Position numbers and translations under genes: made by a program. Source: a virus (taxonomy: Duplodnaviria; Caudoviricetes). Taken from it: a stretch of DNA of 64,000 bases. The notes under the pieces were generated by a model. It was not told the DNA's origin. It saw nothing but the letters and a program-made list of their open reading frames with translations, and did not search any database. Below are positions 19,501 through 27,574 of the stretch, in pieces. The DNA is taken from IMG/VR virus record IMGVR_UViG_3300049892_000014, positions 1-64,000 of that record, one strand, 5' to 3'. How positions within the stretch are numbered: the stretch's first letter is position 1; each line of letters opens with the position of its first letter.

Positions 19501-21131
19501 ATATCATTAGAGATCCATTTACTGCGTTTATCAATTCGCATTATGGGTTTAACCCGTATGACTGGGGCAAGGGAATGATCCAGACTATTCTTGGAGACGC
19601 TGCCGTAGATGAATACCATAGACATGCAGCTGGTATGGCCGATCAAATGGGTCAGGATATGAATCAGTTAGAGAAAACTATTGAGCATACCTTAAACTTA
19701 GACAAGAGTCTTATGGAAAAGTTTGGAGCTAAATGGGCAAAGGCTGATACATATGCCAAGAAAACCGCATTAGCCTGGGACATTACTGGTGGTGGCGCTA
19801 TCCATATGATGCAGAAACTTGGCCAAGTATTTGAAGAGGCTACAAGAGTTGGATTATACAATAAGACTTTAAAGGTGTTAACTAACGGAAATCCAGGTAG
19901 TGCAACTCAGGAGCAAATTGAAATAGCTATTAAGGAAGCTAAAGATACCACGCTGCCATATCATAGATCTGGTACTGTGGGTGGATGGTTGAACAAGTAC
20001 ATACCATTTACCAATGCAAACCTACAGGATCTAAGTAAGTTTGCCAGAGAACATTCCTGGGAGCATATTAATACATTTAGCAGAAAAGATGGTAGATGGT
20101 TTACGAATAATACCATTCTCAAGGGAATTATGTATAATATGCCAATGGCTATTATGACATGGATGCTTGGTAAGGATGATGATAAGATCCAGAATCTTCC
20201 AACATGGAGACAAGCAGGATTCTGGAATATAAATCTTAAAGGCGTTACTGATAATGACTTTATTCTATCTATTCCAAAGCCCTTTCTGCTTGGGCAAATC
20301 TATGGGTCATCTGTAGAGACTGCTCTAAGATGGGCTTATAAGAAAGATCCCAATGCAGTAGAGAAGTGGGCGAAGTCAGTGGCCCAGCAAGTACTTCCAA
20401 ACGTGATACCAACCGGACCACTTCCTCTTGTTGAGAACTTTGTAAACTATAACGTATTCAGGGGTGCGCCTATAGAAAATCAATCACTTGAACAGTTGCT
20501 ACCAGAATACAGAGCTAACCCGAATACATCAGCTGTTGCTCAGGCTATTGCTCATGGAACACAGTGGACAGGACAGATCGCTAACTCTCCAGTTAAAATA
20601 GATAATATATTACGTGGATGGACTGGGTCTTTAGGTATGGCGACTGTTGGTGGGGCCGGATTGGTTATGTCGGCATTTTCCGCTGACGATATCCCACTAC
20701 CATCGAAAGAAGTATCTGAATACTTTCCGATTAACTCTCTGACGATAAGTCCATATACGCCTAGTGATTATATGAGAAGATTCTATGACGCTTCTAAGAA
20801 AGCTGATGAATTAGTAAAGACCTTTAGATCGTTTGAGAAGGCTACTGAATTTGGTGAGATGGATAAGTTCTTAACTGAGAACGAGGAAAGCTTGGGTTGG
20901 TATTTAAGCGATCAGGCCACTGGACGAATTGGAGCTGCCACTCATATAGTTAGAGCAAAAGAAACATTAGGTCAAATCTCTAAGGAAATGCTGGTTATCA
21001 AGAACAGTCCAGGCATGAAGTCGGAAGATAAAACGAAGGAACTATTGGAGTTAGCCAAGCTAAGGGATGACTTAGCCAAGGAATATTTTGAATCTTTGTT
21101 CATGGAGGAAGATCAAAAGAGCGTGTTTTAA
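13524..21131 (+). CDS. Large polyvalent ejection protein (2535 aa) with zincin-like metallopeptidase and LPD38-like C-terminal region
   Basis: AHEVGHYID...AEGIAEF (HExxH...E); C-terminal IPKPFLLGQIYG...LVENFVNYNVFRGAPI resembles LPD38; internal repeats. Confidence 0.7.
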   Translation: MPEWNDLKSALKDYNFHDLSLDAKRSEFRKYPDYQDMLDEDIDKVLGKAWNKYYVPKEKRQPEVKLPKIDIPTQDQELPKPTELQVDKPIYVAPKSPDIKPPAATLKELYQNPAFHRQSVEEKRRQSSLVDSRFGELDSAGQDQVLSKAWNKYAKQLPAPPSTQFAQTQAPPDESSIPHEFWEGMKQGTQQSIQAGGGLLQWVGHLAGVDTVNEWGKDIEDWGTKSIQVDLPPEEVAGSLLDKPWLLTSPRWWSRGAGSIIPYATIFATMAAGSTAIATAALPATATAGTIAATAAGINAVINSVFIGASQYVDEKQAGRTDEEASKSAAWASTVDLPWTFITTRMGIFGNKEASGFLKNAFKSMVSEGVQEGGEQVIQNASSKFTGGKKELSEGVLEATIQGGVMGPVIGKAVDMVMPRSSNTETLKTQDVQVRAALRKKRWGVIFTDPNITPESIKGLSRFDYVMKNVNDETGEVTEDPAVFFYNPDMITPDDIKQSIDTNNLGRLGYVEPKSKDTTHVVSVVTKNGDEVISAAVSEPNIPKQKELFQEAFPENDEELKDSVIISGPAEEILPHIEGQRNNPSVDNIIATKDKIDSIISGKTEAPAGVTIEKNSPAPPIVVATELEAPAFVPEVIEEPIQKTDTDLPVGEKNKVSPEVTKENATQPETAADEINRLKEENAKIKADIASAKSKKKAVKEVVKPVSEAPSLPPPPPATEIADKSKADLEEQYRQALEDNARLKAQQVAKEQIQDQEEEAQAPPPTLEAPPPTPTIIQDAEAALREQYEKALAENKALKEEKSEAVESKTTKTGQKTQEIIDREIKFLDAMPVGSIAKLKDGTELFRVQKGWKKHDKHGKQSGATIHTKTLVTKYEFDSDVYNHLLEVGKRFARLPMNQIATGELAPAIAAETPKPRRGRPVMPEIIEVGADQVANELEDPNASPLDKITLIEDIADGTVHVQSEFDEDPFQVTPLEQAPADPNFKPPTPISEVATVPTKTVKGWKKKKKIAPPPITPPLNILPPEQVVTAVPLQAQTVDQPHPQALTEDDYKQSVSSIQAAFEQLADLESEMIRRRGEDQTGLFKGESNRRGQFGAVPSQDLSAVKLRLLKAIDKLDHTIKLYEESHPETSPFQAPAAAVQESAQPEVVINDNSPGRLLAGEERKSISEKLKAGPLAEQAVGTTLMGELSSGRQMSTGEFLVDGRTFRVDFTHDRDNPKGNQSIRYIYEVGKNGLQPPPSEGFTQQVVNEPAQEIRDNMQKDLQNLVEEYHASGDMVSKVTLINRIIDESNQAGSGKARLENFILSLEESVDTPEKLQALESELEQILGPVESVESIMDKMQEQASDPDIKPQMMFQFGGKAQTHPQQVVGGREFGVVDPKTNKLLGMRAITIKLARSLDIPVRFKIKDKHVNNDTGIAGLFHPLHETIHLNIDKVSKHNKKLLDPAARQSEIFVMAHEVGHYIDLVLLKDGKAKNINGTVVLPAAAEAEINALGGRSLQQSGQDLALVPPETIRAEGIAEFVRLYLTESRTQLQQTAGNFFKILEGELSKYPAINDSLEEATNDIRNYNTSDNTARLGARIMYADEMDEMHKPSNKDRLSYAFLAMRKMFETRLIGIHESIDRMIKLDPGQEEKYQHLHRLYFNERGKVEEQTMYSIVKQMIDLEGNPIPGVKPLVQILKQVDNMKEFDKYLLAINLRDVERQRISKANKKLPLKDTGVPVEEYMSEIARGQAKYGQLADELGKWANAHLHLLVDAGNISQKSYNKITASRLTYAPLWRVVETMGKVKSSRGGGTGFVNLKVGPQYTKGGGGDAAFHSPIESLVKNMILYRTLARKNYIQDKFFRATDDLQGGGRIAEQWKGDIKITKIPDSMIAEKLESFNIDADVLREEAAEQMSAETGKDVDPDTIDFGIQLYKTLNNANPADMTVVHLRKGEPILYKLEDPELYNALTISDSRLNAFDKNILGKIMRKQAEILRAGAIYDVRFALRNIIRDPFTAFINSHYGFNPYDWGKGMIQTILGDAAVDEYHRHAAGMADQMGQDMNQLEKTIEHTLNLDKSLMEKFGAKWAKADTYAKKTALAWDITGGGAIHMMQKLGQVFEEATRVGLYNKTLKVLTNGNPGSATQEQIEIAIKEAKDTTLPYHRSGTVGGWLNKYIPFTNANLQDLSKFAREHSWEHINTFSRKDGRWFTNNTILKGIMYNMPMAIMTWMLGKDDDKIQNLPTWRQAGFWNINLKGVTDNDFILSIPKPFLLGQIYGSSVETALRWAYKKDPNAVEKWAKSVAQQVLPNVIPTGPLPLVENFVNYNVFRGAPIENQSLEQLLPEYRANPNTSAVAQAIAHGTQWTGQIANSPVKIDNILRGWTGSLGMATVGGAGLVMSAFSADDIPLPSKEVSEYFPINSLTISPYTPSDYMRRFYDASKKADELVKTFRSFEKATEFGEMDKFLTENEESLGWYLSDQATGRIGAATHIVRAKETLGQISKEMLVIKNSPGMKSEDKTKELLELAKLRDDLAKEYFESLFMEEDQKSVF

Positions 21132-21141
21132 GGAGTAGAGT

Positions 21142-21426
21142 ATGACAGTAACTAAACGACCAAACTTTGGCATTGCATTACAGACCATTATCTTAGTTAT
21201 CACATTAATAGGCATAGCCGTTTCAGCTGACCGTAGGGTTACTGTTGTGGAGGAGCAACTCAAAGCAGAAGTTGCAGTGCGTAATAATGCCGTTATAAAG
21301 CATGAGGCTATTATAGCGAAACTACAGGAGAATGAAGAAAGGTTAATTGAAAATCAAGCTAGGGTGATGGCTATCTTGGAGGTAATGGATAAGCGCCACA
21401 CAATAGAAGATACAAGAAAGAGGTAG
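21142..21426 (+). CDS. Small membrane protein (one TM helix + coiled coil)
   Basis: Hydrophobic IALQTIILVITLIGIAV followed by heptads. Confidence 0.6.
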   Translation: MTVTKRPNFGIALQTIILVITLIGIAVSADRRVTVVEEQLKAEVAVRNNAVIKHEAIIAKLQENEERLIENQARVMAILEVMDKRHTIEDTRKR

Positions 21427-21428
21427 AT

Positions 21429-21632
21429 ATGGCTGAAAAATGGATGCAAAAAGTAAGCGAAGGTATTAAAGAGAGGGGAACAGAAGGATCTTTTACAAGA
21501 GCGGCGAAGCGAGCGGGTAAGTCAGTGGCTGAGTATGCGCAGGAGAAGAAGGGGGCTGGTGGTAAACTTGGCAAAAGAGCTAGGTTGGCATTAGCATTTA
21601 GAAAGGCAAGTCGAGGCAAATCTAGAAGGTAA
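21429..21632 (+). CDS. Small basic phage protein
   Basis: KWMQK...GKRARLALAFRK pattern, recalled from small basic phage proteins. Confidence 0.6.
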   Translation: MAEKWMQKVSEGIKERGTEGSFTRAAKRAGKSVAEYAQEKKGAGGKLGKRARLALAFRKASRGKSRR

Positions 21633-21634
21633 TA

Positions 21635-24600
21635 ATGGCTACCAATAAACCTACAGAGATCCCTAAATTGGAAGAGTTATGGGGACAGGATTCTATTAAG
21701 AAACCGGAACTGCCCCCAATACAAGTTCCACAATTTCAAGCATGGAATAGACTAGCTAATAATGCGATGGCTATCAAGTGGACGCCTACGCCTAAAGCGA
21801 AACCTCAAGGTCCAGCTCAAACTACTATGAGCGCACTTCCAAAGGGAACCCTTCCAGGTCCGATGCCGGAGCCTAAATTTTCTGGAAATAAGGGAGATGA
21901 ATATATTAATCAGTTTATGGGTAAGGCTGCTGAATCGGTTGCCGCTACCGAAGTTGGACTGGTAAATCTTCCAGGTCATATTGTCAATAAGCTTTCTTTT
22001 GGGAAAATTAAAGTACCTGAATTAAAGAATCCAGTAGTACCACCTAAACCTTCTGGTTTACCTGGGGAGGGAGCGGTTAGGGCGGCGGGATCTTTATACG
22101 GAGCTGGGTTGTCCTTAGTTCCAACTGCGGGAGTGTTCCATAAAGCCTTAACTGGAGCCATCTCGACTCTACCCAAACAGATACAGGGATTAGTATCTAT
22201 GGGCGCAAAGGGAAAGTTTACATATGACATAATGAAAAACGCCCTATCAAACTCTAAGGAGTTTATGGATGCCTATCAAGCAGGTGACACTACTCGTATG
22301 TATGATGCCGCTGCGTTAGTCGTGCAAGATACCGCATTTGCTGCTATGATTAGTAAGGGATGGAAGGAAGATGCTAATAGGTTTAAATCTATTTGGGATA
22401 AGCAGAGATTAGAGAAAAGTCCAGAATATCAGGAGAGTAGATTTCAGGAAGCTAGAATCAAATACGCCGAGACCGGAGAATGGCCAGAGGGATATCCCAA
22501 GCCCACAGAAGGTGATGTTCGTGTTGCTGTTAAGCCTAAAGTTAAGCAGCTTGGCCCTGGAGAAAAGGTAGCTGTAGAATCTACTCAGGTTGATCAAACT
22601 CTACCCGAACCATATGAGCCTTGGGATTACAAGAAAGAACCAATTACACCGATACCACCAAAGGGTGGATACGTTAATTACAATCCACTCACTGGAATGG
22701 AGACTAATCCAGGCGGTGCGTTACTATGGCATCAGGCTATGAACCCGATGAAGGAACCACCTCCAATCGGTGCGCTTCCGCATGAAATAGAAAAAATGCC
22801 AGATGTTGTTCAGTATATAGGTATTGGAAATGATGCTGAGGGTAATATATCTCATTATGTTTATCACGATAGCCAGACTAAGACAACCTTTGACGTGAAG
22901 CCTGGCGAATCATTGCAAGAAGCTATTACTAAAGAGGTTAATGATTTCCTAGATAAACCTAAAGCAGCTGTTCTGCCACCACCTCCTGAGCAGATTACCA
23001 AAAATGCTACTTTAAATGCTGGGAAGGTTCCGGATTTGTCACAGATGTCTCTAAACGATTTGTATTCAAATGTAGGACTGAAGACGGCGGAACTTCCAGA
23101 TTGGGCCAAAACTTCTGTCAACGATCCATCTTCCCTTCTGTTCAAGCCTCCTTCTGGAACTCCTAAAATCTATGGTGAATTCACTGCCGCCGCCCACAAA
23201 CCTATTGACCCTGATGATTTTAACGCAGATCAACACGGGATCGTTTGGTATAATGGCTCTCAGGGTAAGTGGCAGCAGTGGCAAGGTTTAAGCTCGCAAG
23301 ACTCCGCTGACTCAATTTACACGGAATTGCACCAACAAGGAATCCCAGCTGCTATAGTCCCCAAAGAGGAAATCTCTAATAACGGAGCGTGGATTGGCAG
23401 TCCATCCAATCCTGGTACAGACTTAGAGTGGTCTTGGATTCATCAGTCCGACAATACTTATTACGTTGAAGCTGTAGATGAGAATGGCACTAAGGTATTA
23501 ATGGATAGTGGCGTGAAGAAGGAGAATCTGATAAAATTACCACCACACGTCTCTCAGGCCATACTTAGCGATACATGGGGAGAAGGACACGTACCAGCGT
23601 CTAAGACGCAAGAATCTTTACCACACGAGCCAATAGTAGATCCATCTGAATATAATTACAAGGATCATACCATTGTTTATAGGCCAAAGGGTTCCGACGA
23701 CTCTTTCTATGATTATCAGCCGAGTAAATGGGATACATATCAGGATATAGAATCATATCTCAGTAAGAATGATTATGAATTTTTTGCCGTTCCAAAGTCT
23801 GATATCAAAGCAAATGGTAAGTGGAATCCTCCAAAAGATTTTGACCAACCAACATCTCAAGAGCATACAACATTATCTTTTACGGAAGGCGCTTCGGTTC
23901 CAACGCAATTAAATAATGTTTCATTTTTCCCTGTTCCAGAAGAATTCTTATGGGATGGCTTAAGTGGCTTCGTTGAAGGTGAGCCGCCTCTTCCTCCGCT
24001 AGAAATGGGCATGGAGCAATCCGCTGGATCTATTATCATGGAGCCTGATGGTAGAATATGGTTACTGGAACCAGCTAACCACTATGGAGGCTACGAACAT
24101 ACATTTCCCAAAGGTCGTTTAGAAAATGCCCTAGGAACAGTGGATACTGCTATTAAAGAAGCTTGGGAGGAGACTGGCTTAAAGGTTCAGCCCAAAGAAT
24201 TCTTTGGAGATTTTAAAGGAGATACGACTAGCACTAGACTATTTATAGCTGAGCGGGTTGGTGGATCACCTAATGTCTTTGGCCCAGAAACTCAGTCGGT
24301 TAAGTTAGTGACACTTGAGCAAGCTGAAAAGTTATTAAATAAGCCAAGAGATAAGGAAATTATTAAGCAGCTAATGAGCAAATATGGCAAGCCTAAGCAG
24401 CCAGCCGCTCCTACTACCAAGGTAGATTTAGATTCTTTGCCGTTAGACGCTAGCAAGATGAATAAGATTACAGGTGCGCTTGGGAGTAATCCTGGTGGAT
24501 GGTATGAAGCGACAAGCGGAGAAAGATATTATATCAAAGAACCACAGACAGCTGAACACGCATTAAATGAAGTGCTAGGAGCTAAGTTATATGGTCTTGC

Positions 24601-25783
24601 TGGTATAGATGTACCAGAAGTAACGCTAGCTAAAACTGCTGATGGTAAACTTGGAGTAGCCTCAAAGGAAGTGGTGGGCGCTACAAAGGGCAAGTCATTT
24701 GAATTAGCTAATGCGCCTGGAGTAAAAGAGGGCTTTGCCGTTGATGCCTGGCTTGGTAACTGGGACGTAGTAGGGATGGGTTTTGATAACTTAATGTTAA
24801 CCCCAGAGGGCAAAGCTATTAGAGTAGATACCGGAGGAAGTCTAAGATATCGTGCGATGGGTTCTGAAAAGGGTGGGGCATTTGGTAATGACGTGACTGA
24901 GATAGCAACGCTAAGAAGTGCTTACGTGAACCCTGAAGCAGAGATGGTATTTGGGCAGATGACAGATAAGGATATAGTAAACTCTATTGATAGATTGCGC
25001 AATATCAGTAATGCCGACATACAATCTCTCGTTGATCAATACGGGCCGGAAGCTAAGGGTGGTTATGGAAAGAAAGGTTTGGCTACTAAATTAATTAATC
25101 GAAGAGATAGCCTACTCTCTCAAGGTGTTATGCTACAAGCTAATGTTAATTACGAGGGTGTCTTTGCAACGAAACCCAATACCGTAGAGCTTAAACAGTT
25201 AACGCCTATGGATATTACAAAAGAAAGTAATCTACGGATCATGTCTGAGACGCCAACCTTTGATGCGTCCGAACCAATGCGTCCAGTGGTGCAGAATTAT
25301 AAAGCCAATGGATATAAGGAAATTAACAGTTTAGTTAGAGGATTGCTAGATCCAAGGTTTGTATCTGCTATGGTTATGGATAGAGCGAAAGCTATGAGAC
25401 TTATGTTTGATAAGCTAAGGCCAACTACATGGTCTGGTACTTTGTTCAGAGGTGTCAATTTGGACATCGTGAAGAATCTTAAGGTAGATGAGTACTACCA
25501 TGACAAAGGCTTTGCTTCTTGGAGTACGAATGCAGCGACGGCTCATAATTGGGATACGTCAAAGGCTGTACTAAAGATCGAAATCACCGGAAAGAATAAA
25601 ATATTTAACGTAGGAAAAGCTCTAGATCAATATGACACCGAGTATGAGAATTTGCTTTACAATGCTAGGATGCGTGTGATAAGAGTAGAAATGGTTCCTA
25701 GGATTAGATACGATGGAACTCCAAGTACAAGTGCTAACGATATGATTAGAGAGGTTTGGGGCGTATTAGAGGTGGAGGAGTAA
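21635..25783 (+). CDS. Polyvalent protein with NUDIX hydrolase, HipA/PI3K-like kinase and ADP-ribosyltransferase domains (1382 aa)
   Basis: NUDIX box FPKGRLE...AIKEAWEETGL; kinase GSNPGG..YYIKE..NEVL..DAWLGNWD..DN..DTGGS; ART YKEINSLVRG..LFRG..GFASWS..EYE. Confidence 0.8.
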   Translation: MATNKPTEIPKLEELWGQDSIKKPELPPIQVPQFQAWNRLANNAMAIKWTPTPKAKPQGPAQTTMSALPKGTLPGPMPEPKFSGNKGDEYINQFMGKAAESVAATEVGLVNLPGHIVNKLSFGKIKVPELKNPVVPPKPSGLPGEGAVRAAGSLYGAGLSLVPTAGVFHKALTGAISTLPKQIQGLVSMGAKGKFTYDIMKNALSNSKEFMDAYQAGDTTRMYDAAALVVQDTAFAAMISKGWKEDANRFKSIWDKQRLEKSPEYQESRFQEARIKYAETGEWPEGYPKPTEGDVRVAVKPKVKQLGPGEKVAVESTQVDQTLPEPYEPWDYKKEPITPIPPKGGYVNYNPLTGMETNPGGALLWHQAMNPMKEPPPIGALPHEIEKMPDVVQYIGIGNDAEGNISHYVYHDSQTKTTFDVKPGESLQEAITKEVNDFLDKPKAAVLPPPPEQITKNATLNAGKVPDLSQMSLNDLYSNVGLKTAELPDWAKTSVNDPSSLLFKPPSGTPKIYGEFTAAAHKPIDPDDFNADQHGIVWYNGSQGKWQQWQGLSSQDSADSIYTELHQQGIPAAIVPKEEISNNGAWIGSPSNPGTDLEWSWIHQSDNTYYVEAVDENGTKVLMDSGVKKENLIKLPPHVSQAILSDTWGEGHVPASKTQESLPHEPIVDPSEYNYKDHTIVYRPKGSDDSFYDYQPSKWDTYQDIESYLSKNDYEFFAVPKSDIKANGKWNPPKDFDQPTSQEHTTLSFTEGASVPTQLNNVSFFPVPEEFLWDGLSGFVEGEPPLPPLEMGMEQSAGSIIMEPDGRIWLLEPANHYGGYEHTFPKGRLENALGTVDTAIKEAWEETGLKVQPKEFFGDFKGDTTSTRLFIAERVGGSPNVFGPETQSVKLVTLEQAEKLLNKPRDKEIIKQLMSKYGKPKQPAAPTTKVDLDSLPLDASKMNKITGALGSNPGGWYEATSGERYYIKEPQTAEHALNEVLGAKLYGLAGIDVPEVTLAKTADGKLGVASKEVVGATKGKSFELANAPGVKEGFAVDAWLGNWDVVGMGFDNLMLTPEGKAIRVDTGGSLRYRAMGSEKGGAFGNDVTEIATLRSAYVNPEAEMVFGQMTDKDIVNSIDRLRNISNADIQSLVDQYGPEAKGGYGKKGLATKLINRRDSLLSQGVMLQANVNYEGVFATKPNTVELKQLTPMDITKESNLRIMSETPTFDASEPMRPVVQNYKANGYKEINSLVRGLLDPRFVSAMVMDRAKAMRLMFDKLRPTTWSGTLFRGVNLDIVKNLKVDEYYHDKGFASWSTNAATAHNWDTSKAVLKIEITGKNKIFNVGKALDQYDTEYENLLYNARMRVIRVEMVPRIRYDGTPSTSANDMIREVWGVLEVEE

Positions 25784-26037
25784 TGAAGAAGAAAAAAGCC
25801 GCTGCAAGAATGGGACTATCATCCGAAGAAGCCAAGGGAATTAGGCATTACAATCCTGGTGAAATTCCAGATCCTAATTGCGGTCTCTATACTCAAGCTG
25901 TAGACATGAATGATCCAGCGGAAATTGAGAAGAAGAAAAATCTGTTGGCTAAATATGGATTGAATTACGAAGACTTTATGGCTAAGAATATCTCTAAGCC
26001 GACAGCTCTTCCACCTCCTCCTGAGTTGAAAATATAA
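25783..26037 (+). CDS. Hypothetical protein
   Basis: TAATG-coupled to the polyvalent gene; GGAGG SD. Confidence 0.6.
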   Translation: MKKKKAAARMGLSSEEAKGIRHYNPGEIPDPNCGLYTQAVDMNDPAEIEKKKNLLAKYGLNYEDFMAKNISKPTALPPPPELKI

Positions 26038-26067
26038 AACTTTGACATAGTGGGGTATAATGTATTT

Positions 26068-26658
26068 ATGGAAATCAAACAGATTCCAGGCTGTAAGAAC
26101 CGATGGGTGGCTACCGGAAATCAAGGGGTGATTAAACCCAAGGCTGTTAAGCCTATATTAGCCGCCGTAATTCACCACACCGGAACCTTTAGCGAACAAT
26201 CAACTATAGGATGGTTTACCAGAGCAACGCAAGATGGTAGTAATAAATCAGCTTCAGCTCATTTCTTAATTGGGCGAGAAGGTGATGTTTGGCAATTCGT
26301 TGACGAAAGCCAACGGGCTTGGCATTCAGGTGTGTCAAGTTTAACAGTCGGTGGAGTTACTTACTCCAACTGGAATATGTTTTCACTGGGCATAGAGTTG
26401 GTTGGTGACGGAAACCTGAAGGCATACACCAGGCAGCAATATGACTCTCTAATTAGCCTTCTATCCATGGAGGTTAACCGTTTTAATATTAAGCGTGAGT
26501 TTTTAGTAGGACATGAACAGATAGCACCAGGTCGAAAGACTGATCCTGGCAAACTCTTTGAATGGGAATATGTGTACAAGATGGTGTACGACGAACGTAC
26601 TCCTGCTTGTAATAGTCCTAGTAATATTATTTATAGCGTTGGAGTACCCAATGGATAA
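26068..26658 (+). CDS. N-acetylmuramoyl-L-alanine amidase (Amidase_2/AmpD-like endolysin)
   Basis: IHHT, SAHFLIG, AWHSG, SLGIEL, GHEQIAPGRKTDPG motifs. Confidence 0.92.
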   Translation: MEIKQIPGCKNRWVATGNQGVIKPKAVKPILAAVIHHTGTFSEQSTIGWFTRATQDGSNKSASAHFLIGREGDVWQFVDESQRAWHSGVSSLTVGGVTYSNWNMFSLGIELVGDGNLKAYTRQQYDSLISLLSMEVNRFNIKREFLVGHEQIAPGRKTDPGKLFEWEYVYKMVYDERTPACNSPSNIIYSVGVPNG

Positions 26659-26851
26659 AGTATCTATAGCATTGTTAATTAGCTCACTTATACTTGGCAT
26701 CGGTGGATGGATGCAGACTCTCTCTAGCTGGGGTGCTGCCACTAATCCTGCTAATATGGCAGGATTACTACTCATTCTAGGTGGCGTAATTCTAAATTGG
26801 ATTAACAAGAGTCCATTATCTAGTAAGCCGCCAAGCGATGGGAAAGCTTAA
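26651..26851 (+). CDS. Putative holin (two TM helices)
   Basis: Two hydrophobic segments; GGAG SD before ATG 26651; directly after the endolysin. Confidence 0.6.
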   Translation: MDKVSIALLISSLILGIGGWMQTLSSWGAATNPANMAGLLLILGGVILNWINKSPLSSKPPSDGKA

Positions 26852-27551
26852 TTCATTTATCGCCGGATTCCTGCTTTTCGTTTCTATCTTTGCTGTAGCT
26901 GAGATAGCTATACTTGTGCATAATACCAATACCCTAATCAAAGAATCCAAGAAGACAGTAGACGAAGCGACTAAAACCCTTCATGAAACTAGACAGATAA
27001 TGGAGCGAGTCCACACGTATACAGAAGCACAGATAAAGAATCTAGAAGCACAGCAGAAAACAATTAACGCAAGCATTCAAACCGTTGCAGTCTTTAATGG
27101 AACAGGCCGCTTGCTCAATACCGCAACAATCCCCCGCATTAACAAAACCCTTGACAACCTCAATGAAACCATGGTATCAATGAATACTATGGTAAAAAAC
27201 ACAGACGCTTCTATTAATAAGGAATTGATACCACAAATAACCGAAACGGCTAAGTCGTTCAACGTCAGCGTTTCTACGTTAAATGAGTCAATTTCTGAGA
27301 TAACAACGCAAACGAGCTTGACATTCCAACAAGTTCGTGATACGATGTCGTCTGATGAATGGAAGGAAGTTCTGAAAAATATGGCGAGTACGACTGATAA
27401 TATTGACTCTATGTCGAAAAACATCGCAGAGGCTACAAATAACCTGCCCACAATAGCAGGATTAGTCGAAAAGATGATGAAGACTAGTAGTAAATATCAG
27501 AAGGCTCTCATATTAAGCCAGATCTTCTCGTTTGTTCTTAGAGCGTTTTAA
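26838..27551 (+). CDS. Membrane-anchored coiled-coil protein (i-spanin-like/MlaD-tail-like)
   Basis: N-terminal TM helix followed by a long Thr/Asn/Ser-rich heptad region; in the lysis cassette. Confidence 0.5.
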   Translation: MGKLNSFIAGFLLFVSIFAVAEIAILVHNTNTLIKESKKTVDEATKTLHETRQIMERVHTYTEAQIKNLEAQQKTINASIQTVAVFNGTGRLLNTATIPRINKTLDNLNETMVSMNTMVKNTDASINKELIPQITETAKSFNVSVSTLNESISEITTQTSLTFQQVRDTMSSDEWKEVLKNMASTTDNIDSMSKNIAEATNNLPTIAGLVEKMMKTSSKYQKALILSQIFSFVLRAF

Positions 27552-27574
27552 CTTTAACAGGAGATAATTTAACA

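Noticed and set aside
13804-24813. Many short - strand ORFs inside the giant virion genes (and + strand ORFs inside early genes)
   Set aside because: Antisense shadows of real genes, with no SD or recognisable motifs.
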